DNA from: Raillietiella orientalis
Lineage: Eukaryota
Direction: 5' to 3'
DNA: 64,000 nt
Assembly: GCA_036172245.1 (NCBI GenBank)
Contig: JAYWIR010000002.1
Coordinates: 1 to 64,000 of the forward strand
Translations under genes and position numbers: made by a program
Shown: in pieces, positions 1 through 12,300 of the stretch
Numbering within the stretch: the first letter of the stretch is position 1
Layout of the letters: each line of letters starts with the position of its first letter
The notes under the pieces: model-generated
The model's input: the letters and a program-made list of their open reading frames with translations, nothing else
What the model was told of the DNA's origin: nothing
The model's database searches: none

Positions 1-1529
1 TCTCCTCCGCCCTTTGTGTTATGTTCGCTCGCCCCCTCACTCGATGAAGAGCACCGGCAGCAGCACCTCCTTCGTAAATCACTGTGGAGCCTGCAAGGTT
101 CAGGACCCACCTGAAAGACTTGGTGTCTCCGCGCCAGGATGCTGGCTTGGGATCCTGACCAGCCAGAAGGTGGGGCTGCAGTTGCGGTTCCGACTTTTGA
201 CACTCTGAGCCAAATTGTGGTGGAGAGGTGTCACCTCCCCTGAGCGCACCAGGAGAGTTGACGCCTCTCCCTGGTGTGCTCTGGCAACGAAGGGCTTCTC
301 TCGTTGCTACCGCGCTGCCGATTCAGGATGTCGGGATTCAGCTTTTACCCTGAGGCACACGTTGACATGCACCCTCGCATGCAGTGGACAGCGTTAAAGA
401 GCTCCATGAGACCCTAGGCGAACGTTTTTTCCAGTACATAGCGAACCCTCGAAAAAAAGGAAGACCACCCTTTCTCGAGAAGGATCTCCGCCTTCGATGG
501 CGCGTCTAGCCCTTTTCCCCACCAAGAGTCCAGGTCGCCCTCGCCATTTCTCGGCGCCAGTTCTCCCCAGTGGCTCCGATCGCACCCGCGAAAATGGCCT
601 GCAGCTATTGATCGGTTTCCAAGCGACTGCCCTTTTCCAGGAATCCTCTGCTTCGGAGGCGCCATGACATCCACAGACGCCTCTCTCATCCGCCCTTGGA
701 TAGGCTTCCGAATTCCTTCCTCCCTCCCCTACTCCGAGAAATTGCATTTTTCACGACTGTCGCCGTTCCCTTTCTCGACTTTCGCAGAGCCGCTTTCCTC
801 CTCCTGCCGCCTCAGCAGCAGCAGCGCGGGGAGCCAGTGAGCTCTTCGGCGTCACCCCAGCCTCGCCCTTGACTTTCCGTCCCTCGGGTACGCGCCCCTC
901 CCTGCCCTCTGTCTAGCGCGCGCACGCGCATCGCTTGCGGAATTCCGTCCCGTCGCATTCATCTTCCGCCGCTCGGTGGTTCGTCATTCCGCTACCGAGC
1001 CACTCCGCACCTCCCCCGCCTCTCCTCCTCCTCCTTCACATCCCGGACAGCTCCGGGTAGTGAGCTCTCCTCAACCTTTTCCCTCCCTTCCGAAAGAGGG
1101 TCACCCCTCCCCTGACGAATCCCCCAAGTTCGGAAGAGGTCGAGGGAGGAAGAGCCGTCGACGGCGCGGCTCCATCGGACCGAGAAGCACGCCGAAACCC
1201 AGCAGCGGCTCGGCGGTGCCCTACTTGGCCTCTGCTTGGGGCAGCTTTCCGGAATGCGATTGCCACCGTCGTCTCCTCGCCTTCCGTGTGACGCACGGGC
1301 GCGACCTCGCCGCACGAGGGAGAGGACGCGTGTGCTCAAGCATTCGGGAGGTATCCCGGGCGACCTTGGAAAAGCAGTTCCTAACATTTTCCGAGCTTTC
1401 GTGTTTTTTTTTTGCGAGGGAGAGAGGCCGCACTCCCTAAGAATCGGGAGCTCCCGGAAACACTCGTTCGTTCCTGCCCGAGACCGTCTGGAGCGAAAGC
1501 GAGGAGCAGCGATCCCGCGCACCTCCGAC

Positions 1530-1760
1530 GGCGGTCGTGCAGCTCCGAGGGTCCGCGCGTGAAAGGTCGAGACCCGGGTGTCGAGGGTTCGAACCCCGTC
1601 CGGGAAATGTTCGACGCCGAGAAGTGCGGGGTGCGTAGTCCCACCCGCGAGATGAAGTTGGCCGCTGGCCTCTTCGGGTGCGTTACCGGGGGAAGACGAG
1701 ATTGGGAGCTGATCCTCCGGGGTCCCTTCCAGGAATCAAGGAGCCCTTTAGGTTCCCCCT
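1530..1760 (+). mobile_element. tRNA-derived SINE, copy 1 (5' portion)
   Basis: Head GGCGGTCGTGCAGCTCCGAGG and B-box GGTTCGAACCC (1586-1596). Shares CCAGGAATCAAGGAGCC (1729-1745) exactly with 62481-62497 and aligns by eye with three other copies. Confidence 0.7.
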
Positions 1761-4700
1761 CCGGTTGTCATCAAGCTCTTCACTTCCCGGACGTTCCATG
1801 GTCCAGGAAGGGAAGAAAGAGAGGTGCGGCGGCGAGGGAGAAAGGAGAGGAGAAGAGTGGTCTCTCACACGACGACGAGGGGGACGGGAACTCCGCTCTC
1901 TCCCTCCCCGCACCTTGGTCGAACGCGGGGTTTCGTCCCGGATCCTCTAGAGGTATGAAGCCCCCATCCATCGTCCACCAAATTAAACCGGATGGGCCAT
2001 CAGATGGGTCCTCGCCTCTCGTTACACCTGCTGCTCCCGCTCGTTTAGCCTGAGTTATGTTTCCCGGTGGGACACGGGGGGGAGTTTTCCCGCTCCTGCG
2101 AGGAACACATTGCCAAGTTCTCCCCTGGCTCCGCAGGGGACTCTCGCGGATAACAAGGCCCGGGTCAGGAGCTGCCGTTAGCCGGTTAATGAAATGCAGA
2201 TCGGCAGTCCCGACCCTCCCTACTAATGGGCGCGCTAACAACGGGTTCCCGCCAGTTCATTAGGGAAACAAGGCGGCGTTGCAAGCAGCGCGGTATAAAC
2301 GGGAAGAGAGTTCCATCCCTCGCTCTGCCACTTCCGCGGCTTCGTTTGGGGAGACGAATCCCCCCCTCTCTCCCCGCGTTCGCGTCGCTCCCGTTCGTCC
2401 GGCAAGGAGCAGAGATCTCGGGCGCGCCTTCTTGCGCCTGGGAGCGCTCGTGGGTTGCGGCGGGAAGAGGGGCAGCAGGCCAGAAAAGCAGGAGACAAGC
2501 GGGACGTTGGTTCCCTGGCAGGAAAACGTCGAGCATCAGGAAACTGCATCCGAGAAACTACCGGTCGTCTCAGGAGGGCGACCCCGGTGGTAGCTGACGG
2601 AAGGGAGGCCGTCAGGTGAGGAAGCTCGTCTTCCGTGGGAAACAGCGGCGTGACCACGAGTCGGATGCCTTCCTTTCCTGAAGACGCTCGCAGTAGCTGT
2701 CGTCATCTACCGGAGGACGCGGGAGACGGGGCGGCGACACCCTTTTCCTTCCGTTTTTCGGGAAGCGGAGCGCGCCAGAGACGACGCGCGATTACTGGAA
2801 GCACCCGGAGTTGTACGAAAAGACCTACCGTTTCGACCGTGGCCTCGCGACTGGCGCCTCGTAAGCAGCTCGAGGGTGGCGAACAGGAAGAGATGGACTT
2901 CCTAGGTCTGTAGCCTCGAGACATCGGCAAGTCGGCGTTCAGTTCGAGTGACCAAAACGCATCGCAGGGGTACCGCGACACCCCGAAGATCCTATTCAGG
3001 ATATGATCGGTCGAAGGGTCGTTCCTTTGGGATGTCATCAGCTGCTCCCTCGCCGACGATTCCCTACAGCGTGGGAGGCATCTGTGGTGGCCGGGCTGGA
3101 AGAAGGGCACGTGGCTGTCGCCCTCGTGAGGGGGGATCCGCGGAACGGTCCAAGCTGGGGAGTGGCATACAAAGGCGCCACAGCAAGAAGGGGTTCATCC
3201 TAGCTCGAAACCTGTGACAGCATCCCACCTCGCCCCTCTCATATCCCGCCCCTGAGACTATGCTCATCATCGGAGGCCGGTCCCTCCCTCCCTCCAGCCA
3301 TTTATACATTTACTGACCCTCCCTCCACCACCACCCTGGCACTGACTTCAGTCAGGTCTGGTTGAACCTTTGGGTGTCCGGCCGGCACGTGCCTTCCCTA
3401 TACCAATTTCATTTCTGTAGTAGAAGCAGATGAACACTCATTCCGAGACCCCAGTCCATCTGCGAGGACGCAGCCTACGTCAGTGGACCCCAAGTCTCGT
3501 CTCCAGACTGGCATCGCAAATCAGAGAAGGGAAGAAGGAAAAAGTGGTCATCTTTTCTTCTTTTTCTCTCGCGGAGCGAGAACCTGACGCTGTAGCAAAG
3601 GTCGATGCAAACGATGAGAAGAGGAGGGGAGGAAGGGAGGAGGAGCTGAGAATTGCAGAAAGCATGGGGATGATGTGAGAAGGAGCGCACACTTCCGTCG
3701 GCGTATTTCTCCTTTCGTTCCGCGAACCGCCATCGGGATCCGCGTCTGGCGCCCGAGAACGCTACCTGCGGGGGAGCTCCGCCACGACGGCAGCCCTAGG
3801 GACGCCGGCGAAGTGGCTATTGGGTAGCAGCCGGAAGCGCAATGGATCCACGCCGCGCGTGTGTCATCGTGGAGGCGCTCGGCATGCCCATGAGGCCGAT
3901 CGGGTCGCCCGCCCGGAAGCTCCCGCACCCTGGTCCTGGGAGCCTTGAAACCTTCACTGCTCTGCGCGGAGACCACGCCCAGTCCATCCCGTTCCCCTCT
4001 CCCCCGTCTCCTTGGCTCCACTACAAGTGTCTCCGCGGGAGGAAACGGTCCTCTCGACGCTGCGTGGTCTAGAGATGAGTCGAGTGGACCCAACCCCGCG
4101 CGCTTCCGGTAGAGGCATGTCGAGATGGAGGAGACCGCCTCAGACTGAAGCTGTGCCCTTTGACGGCGCTTCTTTGAGGAAGGGAGGGAGGGAGGAAGGG
4201 GGGGTGGAGAGCAGTGCGCGCGCGTCCGACGAGGGCCGCTCGCATTTTCCCTGGGGAAGGCTGCCCTCCCCCCGCTACTCCTACGGCGACCATCAGACAA
4301 AAGGAGCCGCGAAGATGACGAGCAGCGATCGTTCGCATGCCTCCTCCCTGCTGGATCACGGAGGGAGCTCACTTGACCAGGCTTCGCCGCACCCACCGTC
4401 TGGAAGCTGAACTGACGCTCGAGGGGAGATAACACGGGTTTCCTCGTGTCTTCCCTGCATCCTTGTCACCCTCTGAAGCCTCCTCCCTCTTCCAGGCTGT
4501 AGACCGCTCGGAGTCATGGGATTCCCTCCCACACACACACGAAAATGCGCTCAGGAGATCTGGGGTCATATTCAAGGCGCGTGAGGCCTGAGGCGCAAGC
4601 TGACGGCCTGAACCATCATGTAGCGGTTCCGCCACAGCTCCTCATTGGGCACCCCTGCTGGGAGAGGTTTCTGACGGAGTCTCTTCCAGAGACTCCTCGG

Positions 4701-6528
4701 GAGGAGGGGGGAGAAGGAGACTCTTTGCGATGACCTGATCTGCAGTCTGGATTTAGACGGAGCTTCGGGTCTCGCCTAAATCCTGCCGAGGAGCTTGTGA
4801 GGATTGCCAGGCACCTCCCGGTCGTCATGGTATGGTACCGAAGCCTCCGCGCCTGCTTGCTGCACAGTGGTGTGCGCGAGACGGAGAGCCGGTTGGAAAA
4901 GATTCCTCGCGTGCCTATCCTCTTTTTCCCTTTGTCCGTCCCGTTTTTCGTCTCTCCAACGCAAGCCGCGCTGCCTTCCTCTTCGGATACTGGACGTCCG
5001 TCCAGGAAGCCAGGGGAACACGCGCCACATCCTCCCTTTTTTTTCCAGAGCCGGAGAGCGACTCGCAGTGCGTCCCCGCGAGCGGGTGGGGACAGGAGAC
5101 CCAGCGTTGCCAAGGGATCCCGCGCGCGTCCACGTTGCGCGGAACGCCGCGGAGCGAACCTTCCGACGGCGGGCGCTCAGCTGCCCTCCATCAGTGCCGC
5201 CGCGGTGCGCTCCCTCGGAGCTCCTCACCACCGGGCGGTGCCCCACCTCCTGCCTCACTGCGCGGCGGGCAGGCCGTGCTCTCCCCAGCCCGCGGCACTC
5301 TTTCCTGATCCCTGTCGCTAACGACTCTTAGAAGCGCGCCAAATCCCATCCCGAGCACTTCCCGCGCCCTCACCGATGAGCCCCTTCGATCGATTTTTTC
5401 CGTCCCCCGCCCTCCTTTCGTCGGGTTTCCCCGAGCGCCGAAAGCGAAGGCAATATGTCGTCCTGCGCGACGTAAATAAACGAACGCCTCGCGAGTTCAC
5501 GTTGCCGCAGCGATCCAGCTGAGAGACGGCATCGTGAGGCTGCGTGGGGAAGAAGGGGAGGACGGGAACGAGGAGGAGAAAGGCGCTCGTGAAACGGGGC
5601 GATCCCCAGTCGCGCGTTCATCTCTAGGCGGCGGGAGCCGGCTGAGCGCTGTGAGCGATTTCCGTCGGGGTAGTGAGGACGCCAAGGCATGGATGCACGG
5701 CGGCAGCACCCATGCCTTGGCGCATATGGATCTCCCCAAGCGAGGAGCCGACAAAGGAAGCGATTCGCCCCTACGGGGAAGGGGGAAGGATGGAAGCACC
5801 GCTGCCCGTTTCGAGGCCACGCCTAGGGTCCTCGCAAGTCCCCTGAACGGTAACTAACCCCTGCCTCGCATTCATCAGGGAAGCGGCCTGGACTGACGGC
5901 ACTTTAGGAGTCAATGCTGGCGAAAGGGAGGACTGCCCACGGTCGCCACTGCCCTGCTGTTGAGTTAAAAATGCTCCACCAGTTGCTCGTTCTGGCCGAT
6001 GACCCGAGGTCTGTCTCCAGTAAATGCCCCGTCCATGCTAGATATTGACACTCCTCTCCTTTCTCGTCTTTTTTTTGCCTCAAGGCCTCTGAGCACCTCA
6101 GCATCCTTCGGGCCCGGGGTTCCGCCCTTCAGCGCTCTTTCCGAAGCTGGTGCTTCCCGCTTTTACCCCGGTCACGCCGGCACTTGACCGAAGAAATGAT
6201 CTCCTCTCCAGGTCTTAGAGTCGCCTCCTTGCTGGCGGCTTTCCTTCTGCGTGCACTTTTCGAAGGAAGGCTGTGGCTGCCGTCCCGGGGAACGGTTCGC
6301 AGTCCCCAGCGCCCGTACGCGAAACGCGGCGTTCCGAGATGTGGAGTTCGGGGGAACCTTCGAACGGTTGCAGGCACACTGACCCGACACCGGTGAGGGC
6401 ACCTTCATACCCCTATCCGATTCACACTGATGGTCTTCTTCTCCCCCGGGTGACTTTCTTAGCCTCTGTCTCCTCCGCCTCCGCCAGGGGAGAATCGCCT
6501 GCTTCCGCGGGGCGGTGAAACCTAATTG

Positions 6529-7225
6529 GGTTGCGGCTGGCGTGCAGCCCGTTCGGGGTCCCGCCGGCGTGCTTCCTCTCGGTCACGCCCCGGACCCGCT
6601 CGCAGGAAGAGGCGAGTAAAAGTGGGAACCTTCTGCTGGACCTGGTGTCATCCAGGAGCGTAGCAACGTGACCTCTCAGAGGAAGAAGCGCTCGTAGCGA
6701 GGACACCAGCCCTGATTCTTCAGGTGGTGTTTGGTCTCCTTGGGAACGAATCTCTCAAGGAATCTCCACCCTCCTCTCTTCATTTTCTGTCTCCAGCCCA
6801 TCACATTGGGCGGCTGCGAGTTGGTCGGGAAGAACAAGCAGCAGTCGAGTGTGGTCGGCTTCACGGCCACACCGTAGCGATCGGGAACACGACCGCTTCC
6901 GGAGCGGCCGAGCTCCTCCCCAATCCTGCTAGCCGCTCCCCTGCCCAACGGAGGCTACCGGGAAAATCGCACCGAGCAGCGCGGGGCCGGTCCATCTCCT
7001 TCCCCATTGAGTCGTCGATTCACTCGATTCACTCCTCCCTCCTCTCTCAGCACTCCTCCCTGGTCGACGATCCTGCCTGAGGAGTACCCTCGCTGTTCCC
7101 AGCGAGGGTACTCCTCCCCTTCCGTTGCGAACCGCCCCACGTCGCTCTTTCCCGTTCCACTTTTGCATGGATTTCGTTTGTTTTTTCCAAATAGCTGCGC
7201 CGGCAATCCGAGACAAAATGGTCAC
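6529..7225 (+). repeat. Dispersed repeat (direct copy of 11875-12300) carrying an internal insert at ~6620-6925
   Basis: Colinear shared blocks with 11875-12300: GGTTGCGGCTGG...GTCCCGCCGGCG; CTGCCCAACGGAGGC...GGGAAAATCGC; CCTGGTCGACGATCCTGCCTG; GCATGGATTTCGTTTGTTTTTTC. Confidence 0.85.
6641..6848 (+). repeat. Inverted copy of 8987-9191
   Basis: Near-identical reverse complement. The translations in the ORF track (6676..6948 - and 8849..9157 +) share WRFLERFVPKETKHHLKNQGWCPRYER. Confidence 0.9.
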
Positions 7226-7499
7226 AGCGGGGCGTTTATCGCAATTAAAGAAATGTGCATCCATGTGCCTTGGAACTCCGGGAACGCGGACGCACAAATC
7301 AGCAGGGAAGAGGAAAACATGAACAGTGGGGATAAGGGAGCGAAGAAAGGGAGAAAAAGTAACTAAACAAATAGGCAGTGGGGGAGGGATCCCTGGCGCA
7401 TACGTTTATCGTCTCCGCGACAAGTGCTAATGGCGGTGGGAGAAGGAAAAAGGGTCAGTGGGCTTCTGTCCTGTGTCCACATAGATGTCTCGCAATTAG

Positions 7500-8100
7500 G
7501 GAGGTCTTCTCCTTTATTTCCGCTCCGAGGTGAGGACATCTTGCTACCTCCTCCATCACGAGGCGGTAAACCCCGTGACCTCCCTCTGGTGCTGTCTCGT
7601 GGCGATTCACCGTGACCGCCTCTATCGGATGCAGCGCGGAATAGCCAGTGGTTGAGAGCCTTCGAGGTGTGGGTGATCGCCTGGGAAGGTGGCGAGAGCA
7701 GTCGGACCTCTTGCACCCAGAGCACTTTGGCCAGCGACCAGGAAGGACAGCCTCCTCTACTCAGTCCCTCCTCTTCGCCACTCTTCTTCCGATACGATTG
7801 CCGACTCTTCACCGGGACAGGCAGCAGCCAGCAAAGTGGCTCGACCTTTGTCTCGGAGTGCCAAGTCCAGTCGGAGCCCGCGGTCGCCTTCAGGCAGTGA
7901 TCGTCACGAAAACCACCACCAGCTCCCCCACCTTTTCCACGTCGCCACCTTGACGGAGCTGACTGGATGGTGGCACCTCTCTGCGGCGGAGTTGGCATTT
8001 CTCATACAGAATCCGAGGACGCGGGCCAGGGTGCCTTCCCATGCTGAACGCCTCCTGGGAGCTCGACGGGCACCACTCTCACGGTCACTCGAGTTTAATC
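7500..8100 (+). mobile_element. Decayed non-LTR retrotransposon (LINE) RT fragment, N-terminal part
   Basis: Frameshifted peptides GKPRDLP..., RAFEV.., RLGRWREQSDLLHPEHFGQRPGRT resemble the LINE RT segment GK...YRPISL...K.FE...RL..W.E...LL...QFGFRPGRST. Confidence 0.5.
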
Positions 8101-8986
8101 GGGAGCAACGTGTAGGAACCGCTCAGTGGTCAATGAACCTCAGTTAATCCCCCGGTGCGCAAGAACGCGTGCAGAGGAACGGCGAGTCGCTCAGAGAACT
8201 TCGCGATGCCCCGCAAGCAGGCAGAGAGCAAGAACAGGATGCTGCGTGCCGTCCTCCATAGTCGCGGCGCGCGCTGGAGAAACACCTTGAATCCTCTCCA
8301 GGGGCAAACTCTTAGAGGTAATTCAGATGAGCAGCAGTGTCAAGAAACCAGATAATGATGGAGCCTCCCGCTGCGCTGGGAAACCAACGAGGCCCCGATG
8401 TAGGATGAGGCCCTACCACTGCTAAGATATACCAAGATGAAAGCTCCGGAGCACTGCATTCGTTTGGACCACCTTCCTCAACATCTGACTGCATACGGTC
8501 AAGATTTCATGCGCATTTCTCCTTCTTTATGTACCGGACCTGCTCTTTAGGGAGGGCGGTGCGAAACAAAACCAGGTCCAGGAAGGGAGGAGGGAGCCAC
8601 CCTTGAGTGCCTGGCCCTGGGAGACAGTCCTTCCGACGTCCCTTTCCTGAGATCTTCCTGCAGGTCGGTTATGTTCCCTCACTAATGGACCGCGTGCTCT
8701 CCCAGTCGCTTTGAAGCCAAAAAGAGATAAGCGTCAGCTGCCGGGTTCTGCAGCATTTAGAAGTGCATCCTCCAGAGAGCTCTTGCAGTGTTTTCTGCTC
8801 CCGTCAATCTTGGGACGCTGTCCGTTTTCTTTCCTCTTCCCGTAAAGGATGAAGGAAAACGGGATTACTGGGATGGAGGCTGCAACCTTTCAGGAAAAGC
8901 AAAGCTGCCGATTTTATCTGATGTGCATCCGCTCCTGTCGTCTCCGCTGCTTCCTCCTTTTCGTTTCGTCTTCCCTTCTAGCAATC

Positions 8987-9300
8987 GACTGCTGCGTGTG
9001 CTCTCCATCCAACTCGCAGCCGCACAACGTGATGGGCTGGAGACAGAAAATGAAGAGAGAAGGGTGGAGATTCCTTGAGAGATTCGTTCCCAAGGAGACC
9101 AAACACCACCTGAAGAATCAGGGCTGGTGTCCTCGCTACGAGCGCTCCTTCCTCTGAGAGGTTGCGTTGCTACTCTCCTGCATGGCACCAACTCCAGCAG
9201 AGGCAGTTCCCTCTTTTCTTTGCTGCCTCTCTCGTGGAGCCGTCAAGGAACATTTTCACCAGAGGAATTCGAAAAGCAGACTTCTTTCTACCTTGGTGGG
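8987..9300 (+). repeat. Repeat segment: 8987-9191 is inverted to 6641-6848; 9130-9300 is inverted to 13735-13910
   Basis: Shared core GAGCGCTCCTTCCTCTGAGAGG, and GTCAAGGAACATTT matches the reverse complement of AAATGTTCCTTGAC at ~13782-13795. Confidence 0.8.
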
Positions 9301-9764
9301 GTTGGGGTGGGTTCTGAGAAGGGGAGAAGAAAGCACAATTGGCGATTTTTTGCCTATTGTCGTTTCAGCCATGTGATCGTCGACGAGGCTGAGCGATAGC
9401 GCTCACGGAGACACGAAGACACGCCATCAGCCTCCTTTCTCGTTGCATGATTCTGACAACCGCCAAGGAAAGTTTCCATGGCCTTGCAGTTCAGTGAACT
9501 GAGTACCAAGCCAATGAGGGGCCCGGATCACCATCAACATCACCTTTTTTTTTCTTTTTAACAGGGTCGCCAACGAAACAAGATGCTTTAAAAAAAAACA
9601 CTTTTGGTGGTGCATGCGGACCTTTCTTCTAGGGAAGGGCATTTCGTATCGGGTCCTCACACGTGCCAAGCTCGGCGGAGGAGCCGTGAGGAACCACTCG
9701 GAAGGAACGACATGACCAATCTGCAGTCTTCTCGCCAACGCCTTCTAGCTATCTTCTAGCTACG

Positions 9765-10338
9765 GCTCACCGCTTCCGGGTGCATAATCTGCTTCCCGTA
9801 TGCTTCTGGGGATCTGTTGCACGCTGCCGACACCAGGAGGAAGCAGCGGCCTTCCCCTCCTACACCCCATCCCTCTAACGAATGCCGGTGTTTGGTTCCG
9901 GAAGGTTCCTCCGTGCTCCGGAAGGCGTGGCCGATTTCGAGAATGAAGCAGTGGAGAATCTCCGCTGCATGTTTTCATAGTCGTGGGCTGGAAACAACTG
10001 TTTCCAGCTCGTTTATATCAATAAACGTCCCGGCGTGACCGGGTGAAAAATTTCGAGCCCGATGCCGGCACGGGCCGGGATCACGTGACCCGGAAAGTTC
10101 GCAACACCCTGCGAACGGGCGCCGATCGATAGGAGGTGGAAGGGGCACACCACGGTGATCGCAATCCTGCCCTCCCGTGGTGATGCTATCGCAGTGCACG
10201 CTTCGCGATGATGACCTGGTGCTTCCGCTTAGCAGTTCGTCCCCAAGGAGACCCGATGCCACTGGAGAATCGTTGTCCTCACCACGAGCGCTCCTTCCTC
10301 TGAGAGGTCGCGTTGCCACGCTCCTGCCAGGCACCAGG
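9765..10338 (+). repeat. Inverted copy of 13845-14303, with an extra 116 bp at 9942-10057
   Basis: ORF-track translations 9975..10334(-) and 9760..9978(-) match 13846..14334(+), e.g. SSSRSVHCDSITTGGQDCDHRGVPLPPPIDRRPF. Confidence 0.9.
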
Positions 10339-10449
10339 TCTTAGAGTGGAGGGCTTCTTTTCGACTTGGCCGCTTTATACAGGGGAGCAGCGCGGCACCT
10401 ACAGACGAAGGGAAGAGGAGGGCCGCAAAGAAAGGCCAAGAAAGTTCGC

Positions 10450-11250
10450 CAGCAGCACGGGTGACGAGTCGGAAGTCGTGTCGCTGTTGCGAGATCCGCT
10501 CGGATTCTGGACGCGTGCCATTGTGCTGGAAGCAGTGTTTGGAGTCAGCTTTCAACGAGTGCCAACATTTCCATCGGCGACGCTCTTGTCTACGATTCCC
10601 CTGCGTGGTCCACCTCTGGGCCATCCCTTTAGTGGAAGAGATGTGATGGGAGAAAGACTGTCATGGGATCAGGCGTGCATTCCTTGGGGAAAAGGAAGGA
10701 AACACCGTTCCAGACTCAGGCCTTTGGGACTGCCATGTCCTTCTCCGCACTGCAGCACACTGCATCGATTGGATGACTTTGCGTGAATCTCTGCTCCCTC
10801 GTTGCTCGGAGTTCTTCTGAGTCTCCTTTTCCGCTCTCCAGTCTTTTTCCTGTCATTTTTTTCCTTTTCTTTTGAAGAGCAAGCAGAAGTCAAGCTGGAT
10901 GCCCCAGGCAGTTTGATCTACATCTCCCGCGAACTGGACATCTGTCTCGGGAAGTATTGTCCTATAAGGCGACTGGATCAGCTGAAGATGGAACGGTCCA
11001 TGCCTTCCTCCTTCCCTGGACTCTTCCCCAAGTGCCCCATTCTAAATCTAACCGAGACGTTTGCCGTCCTCCCCGCGTACACATCCTGCTCTCACTCCCC
11101 TAGGTTGTCCCAAACCATCCAGAGTCAGATGCCACTCTCCACCCGAGCCACGTCGCCGCCAGCGGTGCAAGCGTTTTCCAGGAAAATATCGAGATGCCTC
11201 CGGAACGTCTCCTGGAGAACTTCCTGAAGGCGAGAGGACGTCGCGACCGC
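10450..11250 (+). mobile_element. Possible decayed LINE RT fragment, C-terminal part
   Basis: Weak, frameshifted resemblance to GVPQGS.LSPTLF, FD..L.W..H and Y.S..RP.L.Y segments (GVSFQRVPTFPSATLL; FDLHLPRTGHL; AYTSCSHSPRLSQ). Confidence 0.3.
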
Positions 11251-11874
11251 GCGTCTTGGACGTACCCATGGGAAAGAAGGAGCGCGGAGTGGGGGAAGTG
11301 GAGGACAAGTGGGAAGGTAGGAAGTGGTTTCGAGCCCTCGGGGAGAATTGGGGAGGCCGCGTTCCTGGATTCGACGGCGGCGTGGAGGCCCCACTTGTAC
11401 CACACGTTCCTTCCGGAAGACTTGATGCTCCCCTCAGCACGTGACCTCACTGGACGGATGGCTGAATGCAGTGCGTTTCTTTTGACTTCTGAGACGGCGT
11501 GTGCAAGGAAAAGTCTCGGGCTGCCTCGCTGCTGCCGAGAGCATTGGTCGACCGGTGATCCGTGAGGAATCTTCATCCCACTTCCCAGGGGTGGGTTTTT
11601 TGTCTCCCTTCCTTCCACTTGGCGAGCAATGCGGCCGGAAGTCAGTTCTCAGCTGCGTTGCGCGCGCCCAGTCCTGCGAGATCAAACTGCGAGGGGTTGA
11701 TGAGCAGAACAGAGGATTTCCGCCCCTCGCAGAAGGCAGGTGGGATGCGTCCCGAGAGCACGACGATTGGTTCTTTGGTCTTCATCTCCTCTGGAAGGCT
11801 TTCTCATCCTGTGGCTGCTCCGCCTCCGCTAGGGGCTCCTCGCCTACCTTCCGCGCAAAAGGGAAACGGGACTC

Positions 11875-12300
11875 GGTTGCGGCTGGTGCGCAGCCCGTCC
11901 AGGGTCCCGCCGGCGCTCTTCCTTCCAGTCACGACTCGGACCCGCACGCGGGAAGCGCAAAGACGCGACGTCTTCCTTAGCGACCAACCATCTCCCCACT
12001 TCTCCCCGTCGCTCCGCTGCCCAACGGAGGCCCCCGGGAAAATCGCGCCGAGCCCAGCAAGGAACCTCGAAGGGGGACCGGACCATCGCCTTCCCCGTTC
12101 ACTCGTCGATTCACTTTCTGGTCCTTCCTCCTCTCTCTGCACTCCTTCCTGGTCGACGATCCTGCCTGGTCCTGTCCCCAGCGAGTTTGCTCCTCCCCTT
12201 CCGTTGCGGACCGGCTCACGTCGCTCTTTCCCTGACTGCATGGATTTCGTTTGTTTTTTCGAAATAGCTGAGCCGACAATCCGGGACGGGAAGGTCACAT
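11875..12300 (+). repeat. Dispersed repeat (direct copy of 6529-7225, lacking its insert)
   Basis: Same colinear blocks as listed for 6529-7225. Confidence 0.85.

Noticed and set aside
1530-1605. Possible tRNA genes at the GGTTCGAA(T/C)CC motifs (also 62247-62320)
   Set aside because: No complete cloverleaf could be drawn, and similarity between copies extends hundreds of bases downstream, which indicates SINE heads.
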